From NCBI GenBank assembly GCA_965649825.1, contig OZ287697.1, forward strand, positions 2,245,826 through 2,309,825: 64,000 bases of DNA. Reading direction: 5' to 3'. The notes under the pieces are model-generated. The model was not told where the DNA came from, did not search any database, and worked only from the letters and a program-made list of their open reading frames with translations. Below, piece after piece: positions 48,282 through 60,251 of this stretch. The position numbers were made by a program, and so were the translations under genes. The first letter of the stretch is position 1, and each line of letters starts with the position of its first letter. The DNA is from Penicillus capitatus. Taxonomy: Eukaryota > Plantae > Chlorophyta.

Positions 48282-50948
48282 ATGACTGAGACCGCAATAA
48301 CGAACCCCTTCGTTGGCGTCGCCCTCAGGAGAACGGGCGACGTCGTCGACCTTCAGCCTTTCCATTCGACAGGGGAATACGTCGAGACGCTGGAGATCGA
48401 CCTCCGAACCGGCACGGCCGAAGCTTCGACGCAGCCGCGTTTCCTTCGTAGCTGCATCGTGTTCCCTGGACTTCTGGGAATGCTGCGCCTTGCCAAAGCA
48501 ACGGTCCTCGTCACTATCAAGGAAGCAAAACAAGTACACTCGCCTGCTCACGCAGACCGGACAGCGACAGCCTTGGTTCTGCAGGTCGCAACGGTGCATG
48601 GTTCTCCAGTTTACCGAGTGGTTCAGACAGAACTGCATCTTCCCAGGGGACGTTTATCATCACAAGATGCCAAGTGCGTGCATAGATGTATGGACGCGTG
48701 ATTTGTGCGAGCCCCTGTGCGTAGCCACATCGAATTGGCGAGATCGGCAGTGGATCCCAAACAAGCCGGAAGAGGACTGTACTTCAGCGGCGGAATCCGA
48801 CTGACGCTGACCACTGAGCGACAGGCGGCCGTCAGCAATGAAAGAGGAGAAGGGTCGTGGGAACTGGAAGACACCCGCTTCTCCTGGAATCGCCATCTGA
48901 TGGAACCCGTCACACGTAATGCACATCCTTTTCCGAGAGAATGTCCAGATGTCGGCGATGTAGAGCTGAGAGCACATGGATTTGTGTTACCTGTCATTCA
49001 AGGCTTCGTACAGGAGCTGACAGATTCGGAATTTTCGCAGCGAGTGACCGGGAAGTTGACCCTTGTGGCACGTCGTTCAGTGAGACGCCTGGGCACACGC
49101 AGCTGGAGAAGGGGCGCCGATCTCCAAGTGATTCTTCGCGTCTACGCTTACGAACCTGTATATGTCGATGTCAGGGATCTGTGGCGAATTTTGTCGAGAC
49201 AGAACAGCTTCTGTGTCTGTCGAATGGACATATGTGTTCGTTCGTTCAGCTACGAGGACCAATCCCCGTGTTTTGGGCAATCATTCCGAACGTCAAGTAC
49301 AAACCATCCACGCGTCTTGGGAGAGAGATTGACTACACACATGCCTTCGTTGTTCACGTCAATGACCTTCTCCGTACGTACACAGTAAGCAAGACCTGTG
49401 TCGTGGGGGGATGGGATACAGAGATGTTGTTGGATAGGAATGCGTTGCGGTGAATTTGGCACACGCCACCGGATCTGAGGGTTCCTTGACAAGTACATCC
49501 GACAATGCCACTCGGCGTTTCGCAAGGACGAAAGACGGCTTCTGTCTCATCAATTTTGATTTCCATAAAGAATGTGGAACGACTCGATATCATCGTATCT
49601 CCATCCTATTCGACAGAATCCGAGCAGATCTGGATCGCTTTGGCGAGTTCGTTATCGTATCTCTATCCTCGTCTGATTTCGTGTGCGAACACAAGTGCAT
49701 GACAGGAGGAGGGTCGAGCAACATCTGTTCAAGACGGCATCGTTCGCACCAATTGTGTCGATTGCCTTGATCGCACCAACGTCGTGCATACCGTGTTTGG
49801 CCGTTATGCCTTGGAGTCTTTTCTCAAGAAAGAGCATCTACTTGGGGTCCAAGCGTCTCTGCCAGCATCTTTCCCTCATGTCAGATACAACGCCATCTCC
49901 TGTCATCTCGTCCAAAGCTTTGTGTTTGTGCAGGTCGCCCTAGGCGTGATTCCGCTCTGCCTGCTGCGGACCCTGACAGGTCGTTTTGCAACCTGTCTGA
50001 ACAGAGGGGCTTCGACCGAAGACCTGGAGGAAGACGTCTTCAAGAAGCTAGAAGACAACAGGGAATCCGTTGCCATTCCCTTGGACAACGGAGGAGAGCC
50101 TCATCTGCCCATGGTAAACAAACAAAATCTTCAAACTTTGGTTTCGAAAGGAGATTGTGCATGACAGGAGAGAGGAGGACGAGGCAACATCATAGTGGAC
50201 ACGCGAGAAGTGGCAGCCTCACTTCTCGCGGCGATCGACAGGGCAGATTTCAAGACCGATCTTCACCTCATCAAGGTAAGACAATGAGAATTAATAACAT
50301 ATCTTTACAAACTGATTGTGTGACAGGTGGGCGATTACATCCCGACCCCCGACATTGCCATCGAGAGGAAGACAGTGGCAGATTTCCACGCTTCCTTCAT
50401 CAAGAGGAGGGTCTTTTCCCAAGCTGCCAAGATGACCACACACTTTAAGATGGCGATGCTGCTGATTGAGTCTGACGGGGGTCAGCCCCATTTAAGACAT
50501 GATGAGAAGATCGCCCTGTCGATCGATTCGAGGGACATCATTTCTCGCCTCGTCCTCCTCATCCATCACTTTCCAACACTCAGGTACTTAGTGATGCTTG
50601 TATGTTCTACAAACAGATCGTTTTTCTGTTCTACAGGGTGGTTTGGTCGTCATCTCCGGATGCGACCTGTCAACTGCTTGTCAAGCTCAAGCAGAATCGC
50701 CCGAATCCGGACAGTACAGAGGTCAAGAGACGTACAGAAAGGGCGAATGATGACTTGACAGACTGGAAGACAGTTGACATCTGCAGGTGTGCCATTCCTT
50801 TAGTCTATCTGCCATGTTTGATCATCGTCGTCCTTGACATGTGTTTAGAAATTTGCCCGGAGAGACAACAACCATCCGCCGGAAGCTGCTAAAAGCTTTC
50901 AGAACGTTCAATAATTCTCCTCGACAGTATTTTGTACAGTTTTTTTAA
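48282..50948 (+). CDS. Chimeric SAC1-like phosphoinositide phosphatase::XPF ERCC4 nuclease fusion (copy 1), about 11 exons
   Basis: SAC motifs GLYFS, FSWNRHL, FVLPVIQGFV, RRS..GTR..RRGAD, GSVANFVETEQ, FDFHKEC and RTNCVDCLDRTN (49748-49780) read in frame into STEDLEEDVFKKL, IIVDTRE, VGDYI..AIERKTVADF and LRVVWSSSP. Stop at 50946-50948. Confidence 0.72.
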
Positions 50949-50949
50949 C

Positions 50950-51390
50950 TTGTAATAGAAGACACATAAAGTGTGACATCATATTGACTCCGGCTGTGAC
51001 CACAATTCCGCGACAGAATCGTAGTTTTTGGCTGCCTGTGTGAGTGAGAGTGACAGAGTGACCATAGCTGCAAGTGAGAGAGTTACCATAGCAGGTTCCG
51101 TCGGACATATTGAGTTTTGCAACATCTATGTTCGACATTGCGTATCGGCTGCATGTTGTGAATTCTCCATCGACAGTATCTGTTGAATTTCTGCCGAGAC
51201 GATGAGACATGATTGTTCGGTTAAAGGAGTATCACAACACACAAACTCATTACAATGGCAGAGTTCAGATATGACGGATTGAATGTTGAACACGTACGGC
51301 GGCTTGTTCTTGGCACAACGATGCCAGTGTGTCGACGAACGTCGACACATGGATCAATGAACGAAATCACGTCGGTCGTTATCGTTTATC
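50950..51390 (-). CDS. Possible small hidden coding region, convergent with the ERCC4 gene, present in every unit and at 45010-45400
   Basis: Four indels between this segment and its diverged homologue measure 6, 12, 3 and 21 nt, all multiples of three. ORFs at 50908-51210 and 44987-45277 align. No family recognised. Confidence 0.35.
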
Positions 51391-51532
51391 ATTCATCATT
51401 GTTTATGTCTCCCACACCACATGCAATAAAAAACACTCAGGCAAAACACAACAGAGCGAACGCACTGACTCGCAAAAGGAACACAGCAACAAAGAATAAC
51501 AAGATGCGCCCCCAATGATATCTGTACATTCA

Positions 51533-52903
51533 TCAGGGCTGTGCTGCTCCTTTCTGCAAATCCTTAGCATCTTTATTCGGTTCCTCGGGGGAGGACGGAG
51601 GTCCAATCAGGGACAGGATGGTCGGTAGGAGGAGCAGGCCCGTAAACATGCCGGCGATAGTGGAAATGGAATACTGAACGAACAAACGATTGCTAATGGC
51701 TGGATAATCCGAAAGAGCAGAGGGCAGCATTCCGAGAAAAGTTGTCACGCCGCCATTGAATACTGCAACGCCCATAGTCTGGAGCGCGTGTGTAGAACGT
51801 GTGAGACGATCCCCTTCGGCCAACATGAAATCTCGAGCAATGTGCGCACAGAACTCCACGGACAACCCAACCGTCACAATGAAAGCAACGTAGGCAGAGT
51901 AATCCAGATCGATAACAGTCCAACTGGTCATTCCAACCGTCAGCAGAACAGAGAGCAGCACGCAGACAGACACGATGAGCGCGGCAAAGATGTTGACGAT
52001 GAGGGGCAGCATGATGACCGTCGCGACAGCCATGGAGATGCCTATCGCCTCTACCGTCTTCAACGCCAGGTCTTCGTACTGCTCGCCGATGGCATACACC
52101 ACGTAGTCGAACGGATAGACCTCGATCGACTGTCGATCGAGGATGTCGCGTCCCTCCTGGAGGTGGTCCAGTTGACTGGGCACGCTCGTGAGGCCTCTGG
52201 CATAGACGTACGACCGCGTGCCCTTTGGCGTGCCGAAGGTGTTTCTCTCCGTCGTCGTCTCCTCGTCCAGGTTGATGAAGACTCTGGATGCACGTCCCGT
52301 CGCCGTGTTGTTCGGGAAATCCACCCAGTAGCTCTCGATCTTGCTGTCAAAGCCTTCGGGGTTCTCGTAGAAGTTGCGCTGTGTCAGCATTGGTCGATGA
52401 GGGCAGTAGCATTCCACCGAGTCCTTTTTGTACTGGCACCGTTCTCTCATTCCGACTGCCGCCTGCAGACAATGCGTCTCGCACCTCTGCTCACACTCTT
52501 CGGCTGACGCGACGCCGGCGCAGATGTTCTTCGACGGATGCGCAAAATCGGCAGAGGAGAAGCCATCGTAGTACCAGTGCACTTCGTCCATGCAGATCTC
52601 GTTCGAGCAGAACTTCGCTTCGACATACTGCGTGTAGAAATCCATCCACGACTGCGACATCAGCCGCTCCTCTGTTCGGTATCCTCCATCAACGTATTCG
52701 TACTCCGACTGCCTGGCCGCTTCAAACTCTTGAGGGTCTGTGTCGTCGACGGAGTCTCGGAACACGATGTTGATCTGCGACGTGTCGAAGTAGTCTTCCG
52801 AGGTTGTGAGGTAATCTTAAGTGTAACTCTTCGGGGACACAGACTCGCTCAAATCGAGCCCCTGTTCGAATGAAATCGTGTAGTAGATGCCAAACGGAGT
52901 CTG
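51533..52903 (-). pseudogene. Patched/NPC1-like C-terminal half (copy 2)
   Basis: Matches copy 1 except a P-to-L SNP at 52467. Same TAA at 52817-52819. Confidence 0.8.
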
Positions 52904-54266
52904 CTAGTGTAGCGAACATGTTCTCTAAAATTCAGATTATGAGACGACAACGTCGAGAATGTTTGACAACTCGTCAGAACAATTCAGCGCGCCGAACAGC
53001 AAAATGCGCACCTTGAACAACAACCACTAGACGGATGCTCTATGCAGCGAGAGGTAAATTTGTTATCTATCTGGGAATCCTTGGGAATAGTCAGACAAAA
53101 CGCAACAATCGACCATAGCACTTCTTACACCGCATGCATCCTGAAAGTAGCGGGTTCGCTCAGAAAAAGGAGAGAAATGACTCACCGCATCCTTTGCGGC
53201 AGAGCTTCATACAATGCGCTGCAGACGGATGACTGGCATGCTCCGAAGGAATCTCTCCGGTCCACTGCCCGATACCATGCCTTTGATCTGCAACGCAGAA
53301 CGGCATTCGGAGATTGGCCATTTCCGACTGTGTTTGGCAATACGAAGATTGGTCGGCGGTGCATCTGCCACGAAACGGCTCTCAGTGACACGTATCGGCA
53401 AGAAGAAGCATCTTACGAAGATAGCGGCGAAACCTGGTGCCTGTCTTGTCTGTCGTCGGTTCTATGTCCCCAACAGACAATGGAATCTCGATGAGAGACG
53501 AAATATGTCGCTTACTTTCATCGATCTCATAGGAGCTTGCCTGTTCAGAACATTAAGGAATGCGTCGTGTCATAAGGGTGAGCGAGTGTCAGAAGACAGC
53601 GACTGCGTTAATCGCTCAGGTAACGAAAACCGCTCGTCATCTACCCGCCTGTGATTGTTACTGTCACTGGAACGGGGCGACAACTGTCAGAATTCGCCAC
53701 ACCAGATGCGTCACGACTGCCATGATGTCTCTTTTGAGCACACTCCGCACTGAAACTTAAAGACAGAAACGTCGGAGGTCATTGCGCCTCGAATTGCTTT
53801 ACGTGGACAACCTCTTACCGTGCGTCATTTGGCCTTTAGTCACATCACCAGTCAGCGTTCCCGTCTGCCATACTCAATCGGCTTCTTTAGTGAATGCGGG
53901 ACAGTTTTTAGCTAGACATGCACTCCCAAGATGAAAGACCACAAAGACAATGCTTCTCAGTGTCCACCGTCTTCTACAATGTCACATCCGTCCCGTCCAG
54001 AGTCTAGGATTCGTCGGCGTCGTCAGTTTTCCATCATTAAAAATGCATGCCATCTTTGCAACCAGCGTTTCTTCAATTTCGCCTTCAGGTTTGCAGTCGA
54101 CGACCGTTTCCCACACCCCAGCAGACACTTCTTTCTGTAGGCCGCGCTCGGAATCTCTCTCGGCGCGACCGGTCTCGCCGCCAAGACCTTCGACAGCACA
54201 GCTCGACGCTGCGGCGCGCGAGACCACAGGTGTCGCAGCGTCGAGTCGAAGACGCAAGGAAGCGCC

Positions 54267-56933
54267 ATGACTGAGACCGCAATAACGAACCCCTTCGTTG
54301 GCGTCGCCCTCAGGAGAACGGGCGACGTCGTCGACCTTCAGCCTTTCCATTCGACAGGGGAATACGTCGAGACGCTGGAGATCGACCTCCGAACCGGCAC
54401 GGCCGAAGCTTCGACGCAGCCGCGTTTCCTTCGTAGCTGCATCGTGTTCCCTGGACTTCTGGGAATGCTGCGCCTTGCCAAAGCAACGGTCCTCGTCACT
54501 ATCAAGGAAGCAAAACAAGTACACTCGCCTGCTCACGCAGACCGGACAGCGACAGCCTTGGTTCTGCAGGTCGCAACGGTGCATGGTTCTCCAGTTTACC
54601 GAGTGGTTCAGACAGAACTGCATCTTCCCAGGGGACGTTTATCATCACAAGATGCCAAGTGCGTGCATAGATGTATGGACGCGTGATTTGTGCGAGCCCC
54701 TGTGCGTAGCCACATCGAATTGGCGAGATCGGCAGTGGATCCCAAACAAGCCGGAAGAGGACTGTACTTCAGCGGCGGAATCCGACTGACGCTGACCACT
54801 GAGCGACAGGCGGCCGTCAGCAATGAAAGAGGAGAAGGGTCGTGGGAACTGGAAGACACCCGCTTCTCCTGGAATCGCCATCTGATGGAACCCGTCACAC
54901 GTAATGCACATCCTTTTCCGAGAGAATGTCCAGATGTCGGCGATGTAGAGCTGAGAGCACATGGATTTGTGTTACCTGTCATTCAAGGCTTCGTACAGGA
55001 GCTGACAGATTCGGAATTTTCGCAGCGAGTGACCGGGAAGTTGACCCTTGTGGCACGTCGTTCAGTGAGACGCCTGGGCACACGCAGCTGGAGAAGGGGC
55101 GCCGATCTCCAAGTGATTCTTCGCGTCTACGCTTACGAACCTGTATATGTCGATGTCAGGGATCTGTGGCGAATTTTGTCGAGACAGAACAGCTTCTGTG
55201 TCTGTCGAATGGACATATGTGTTCGTTCGTTCAGCTACGAGGACCAATCCCCGTGTTTTGGGCAATCATTCCGAACGTCAAGTACAAACCATCCACGCGT
55301 CTTGGGAGAGAGATTGACTACACACATGCCTTCGTTGTTCACGTCAATGACCTTCTCCGTACGTACACAGTAAGCAAGACCTGTGTCGTGGGGGGATGGG
55401 ATACAGAGATGTTGTTGGATAGGAATGCGTTGCGGTGAATTTGGCACACGCCACCGGATCTGAGGGTTCCTTGACAAGTACATCCGACAATGCCACTCGG
55501 CGTTTCGCAAGGACGAAAGACGGCTTCTGTCTCATCAATTTTGATTTCCATAAAGAATGTGGAACGACTCGATATCATCGTATCTCCATCCTATTCGACA
55601 GAATCCGAGCAGATCTGGATCGCTTTGGCGAGTTCGTTATCGTATCTCTATCCTCGTCTGATTTCGTGTGCGAACACAAGTGCATGACAGGAGGAGGGTC
55701 GAGCAACATCTGTTCAAGACGGCATCGTTCGCACCAATTGTGTCGATTGCCTTGATCGCACCAACGTCGTGCATACCGTGTTTGGCCGTTATGCCTTGGA
55801 GTCTTTTCTCAAGAAAGAGCATCTACTTGGGGTCCAAGCGTCTCTGCCAGCATCTTTCCCTCATGTCAGATACAACGCCATCTCCTGTCATCTCGTCCAA
55901 AGCTTTGTGTTTGTGCAGGTCGCCCTAGGCGTGATTCCGCTCTGCCTGCTGCGGACCCTGACAGGTCGTTTTGCAACCTGTCTGAACAGAGGGGCTTCGA
56001 CCGAAGACCTGGAGGAAGACGTCTTCAAGAAGCTAGAAGACAACAGGGAATCCGTTGCCATTCCCTTGGACAACGGAGGAGAGCCTCATCTGCCCATGGT
56101 AAACAAACAAAATCTTCAAACTTTGGTTTCGAAAGGAGATTGTGCATGACAGGAGAGAGGAGGACGAGGCAACATCATAGTGGACACGCGAGAAGTGGCA
56201 GCCTCACTTCTCGCGGCGATCGACAGGGCAGATTTCAAGACCGATCTTCACCTCATCAAGGTAAGACAATGAGAATTAATAACATATCTTTACAAACTGA
56301 TTGTGTGACAGGTGGGCGATTACATCCCGACCCCCGACATTGCCATCGAGAGGAAGACAGTGGCAGATTTCCACGCTTCCTTCATCAAGAGGAGGGTCTT
56401 TTCCCAAGCTGCCAAGATGACCACACACTTTAAGATGGCGATGCTGCTGATTGAGTCTGACGGGGGTCAGCCCCATTTAAGACATGATGAGAAGATCGCC
56501 CTGTCGATCGATTCGAGGGACATCATTTCTCGCCTCGTCCTCCTCATCCATCACTTTCCAACACTCAGGTACTTAGTGATGCTTGTATGTTCTACAAACA
56601 GATCGTTTTTCTGTTCTACAGGGTGGTTTGGTCGTCATCTCCGGATGCGACCTGTCAACTGCTTGTCAAGCTCAAGCAGAATCGCCCGAATCCGGACAGT
56701 ACAGAGGTCAAGAGACGTACAGAAAGGGCGAATGATGACTTGACAGACTGGAAGACAGTTGACATCTGCAGGTGTGCCATTCCTTTAGTCTATCTGCCAT
56801 GTTTGATCATCGTCGTCCTTGACATGTGTTTAGAAATTTGCCCGGAGAGACAACAACCATCCGCCGGAAGCTGCTAAAAGCTTTCAGAACGTTCAATAAT
56901 TCTCCTCGACAGTATTTTGTACAGTTTTTTTAA
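54267..56933 (+). CDS. Chimeric SAC1::ERCC4 fusion (copy 2)
   Basis: ORF track translations are the same as copy 1 at offset +5985. Confidence 0.72.
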
Positions 56934-57517
56934 CTTGTAATAGAAGACACATAAAGTGTGACATCATATTGACTCCGGCTGTGACCACAATTCCGCGACA
57001 GAATCGTAGTTTTTGGCTGCCTGTGTGAGTGAGAGTGACAGAGTGACCATAGCTGCAAGTGAGAGAGTTACCATAGCAGGTTCCGTCGGACATATTGAGT
57101 TTTGCAACATCTATGTTCGACATTGCGTATCGGCTGCATGTTGTGAATTCTCCATCGACAGTATCTGTTGAATTTCTGCCGAGACGATGAGACATGATTG
57201 TTCGGTTAAAGGAGTATCACAACACACAAACTCATTACAATGGCAGAGTTCAGATATGACGGATTGAATGTTGAACACGTACGGCGGCTTGTTCTTGGCA
57301 CAACGATGCCAGTGTGTCGACGAACGTCGACACATGGATCAATGAACGAAATCACGTCGGTCGTTATCGTTTATCATTCATCATTGTTTATGTCTCCCAC
57401 ACCACATGCAATAAAAAACACTCAGGCAAAACACAACAGAGCGAACGCACTGACTCGCAAAAGGAACACAGCAACAAAGAATAACAAGATGCGCCCCCAA
57501 TGATATCTGTACATTCA

Positions 57518-58888
57518 TCAGGGCTGTGCTGCTCCTTTCTGCAAATCCTTAGCATCTTTATTCGGTTCCTCGGGGGAGGACGGAGGTCCAATCAGGGACA
57601 GGATGGTCGGTAGGAGGAGCAGGCCCGTAAACATGCCGGCGATAGTGGAAATGGAATACTGAACGAACAAACGATTGCTAATGGCTGGATAATCCGAAAG
57701 AGCAGAGGGCAGCATTCCGAGAAAAGTTGTCACGCCGCCATTGAATACTGCAACGCCCATAGTCTGGAGCGCGTGTGTAGAACGTGTGAGACGATCCCCT
57801 TCGGCCAACATGAAATCTCGAGCAATGTGCGCACAGAACTCCACGGACAACCCAACCGTCACAATGAAAGCAACGTAGGCAGAGTAATCCAGATCGATAA
57901 CAGTCCAACTGGTCATTCCAACCGTCAGCAGAACAGAGAGCAGCACGCAGACAGACACGATGAGCGCGGCAAAGATGTTGACGATGAGGGGCAGCATGAT
58001 GACCGTCGCGACAGCCATGGAGATGCCTATCGCCTCTACCGTCTTCAACGCCAGGTCTTCGTACTGCTCGCCGATGGCATACACCACGTAGTCGAACGGA
58101 TAGACCTCGATCGACTGTCGATCGAGGATGTCGCGTCCCTCCTGGAGGTGGTCCAGTTGACTGGGCACGCTCGTGAGGCCTCTGGCATAGACGTACGACC
58201 GCGTGCCCTTTGGCGTGCCGAAGGTGTTTCTCTCCGTCGTCGTCTCCTCGTCCAGGTTGATGAAGACTCTGGATGCACGTCCCGTCGCCGTGTTGTTCGG
58301 GAAATCCACCCAGTAGCTCTCGATCTTGCTGTCAAAGCCTTCGGGGTTCTCGTAGAAGTTGCGCTGTGTCAGCATTGGTCGATGAGGGCAGTAGCATTCC
58401 ACCGAGTCCTTTTTGTACTGGCACCGTTCTCTCATTCCGACTGCCGCCTGCGGACAATGCGTCTCGCACCTCTGCTCACACTCTTCGGCTGACGCGACGC
58501 CGGCGCAGATGTTCTTCGACGGATGCGCAAAATCGGCAGAGGAGAAGCCATCGTAGTACCAGTGCACTTCGTCCATGCAGATCTCGTTCGAGCAGAACTT
58601 CGCTTCGACATACTGCGTGTAGAAATCCATCCACGACTGCGACATCAGCCGCTCCTCTGTTCGGTATCCTCCATCAACGTATTCGTACTCCGACTGCCTG
58701 GCCGCTTCAAACTCTTGAGGGTCTGTGTCGTCGACGGAGTCTCGGAACACGATGTTGATCTGCGACGTGTCGAAGTAGTCTTCCGAGGTTGTGAGGTAAT
58801 CTTAAGTGTAACTCTTCGGGGACACAGACTCGCTCAAATCGAGCCCCTGTTCGAATGAAATCGTGTAGTAGATGCCAAACGGAGTCTG
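57518..58888 (-). pseudogene. Patched/NPC1-like C-terminal half (copy 3)
   Basis: Same translation as copy 1. TAA at 58802-58804. Confidence 0.8.
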
Positions 58889-60251
58889 CTAGTGTAGCGA
58901 ACATGTTCTCTAAAATTCAGATTATGAGACGACAACGTCGAGAATGTTTGACAACTCGTCAGAACAATTCAGCGCGCCGAACAGCAAAATGCGCACCTTG
59001 AACAACAACCACTAGACGGATGCTCTATGCAGCGAGAGGTAAATTTGTTATCTATCTGGGAATCCTTGGGAATAGTCAGACAAAACGCAACAATCGACCA
59101 TAGCACTTCTTACACCGCATGCATCCTGAAAGTAGCGGGTTCGCTCAGAAAAAGGAGAGAAATGACTCACCGCATCCTTTGCGGCAGAGCTTCATACAAT
59201 GCGCTGCAGACGGATGACTGGCATGCTCCGAAGGAATCTCTCCGGTCCACTGCCCGATACCATGCCTTTGATCTGCAACGCAGAACGGCATTCGGAGATT
59301 GGCCATTTCCGACTGTGTTTGGCAATACGAAGATTGGTCGGCGGTGCATCTGCCACGAAACGGCTCTCAGTGACACGTATCGGCAAGAAGAAGCATCTTA
59401 CGAAGATAGCGGCGAAACCTGGTGCCTGTCTTGTCTGTCGTCGGTTCTATGTCCCCAACAGACAATGGAATCTCGATGAGAGACGAAATATGTCGCTTAC
59501 TTTCATCGATCTCATAGGAGCTTGCCTGTTCAGAACATTAAGGAATGCGTCGTGTCATAAGGGTGAGCGAGTGTCAGAAGACAGCGACTGCGTTGATCGC
59601 TCAGGTAACGAAAACCGCTCGTCATCTACCCGCCTGTGATTGTTACTGTCACTGGAACGGGGCGACAACTGTCAGAATTCGCCACACCAGATGCGTCACG
59701 ACTGCCATGATGTCTCTTTTGAGCACACTCCGCACTGAAACTTAAAGACAGAAACGTCGGAGGTCATTGCGCCTCGAATTGCTTTACGTGGACAACCTCT
59801 TACCGTGCGTCATTTGGCCTTTAGTCACATCACCAGTCAGCGTTCCCGTCTGCCATACTCAATCGGCTTCTTTAGTGAATGCGGGACAGTTTTTAGCTAG
59901 ACATGCACTCCCAAGATGAAAGACCACAAAGACAATGCTTCTCAGTGTCCACCGTCTTCTACAATGTCACATCCGTCCCGTCCAGAGTCTAGGATTCGTC
60001 GGCGTCGTCAGTTTTCCATCATTAAAAATGCATGCCATCTTTGCAACCAGCGTTTCTTCAATTTCGCCTTCAGGTTTGCAGTCGACGACCGTTTCCCACA
60101 CCCCAGCAGACACTTCTTTCTGTAGGCCGCGCTCGGAATCTCTCTCGGCGCGACCGGTCTCGCCGCCAAGACCTTCGACAGCACAGCTCGACGCTGCGGC
60201 GCGCGAGACCACAGGTGTCGCAGCGTCGAGTCGAAGACGCAAGGAAGCGCC

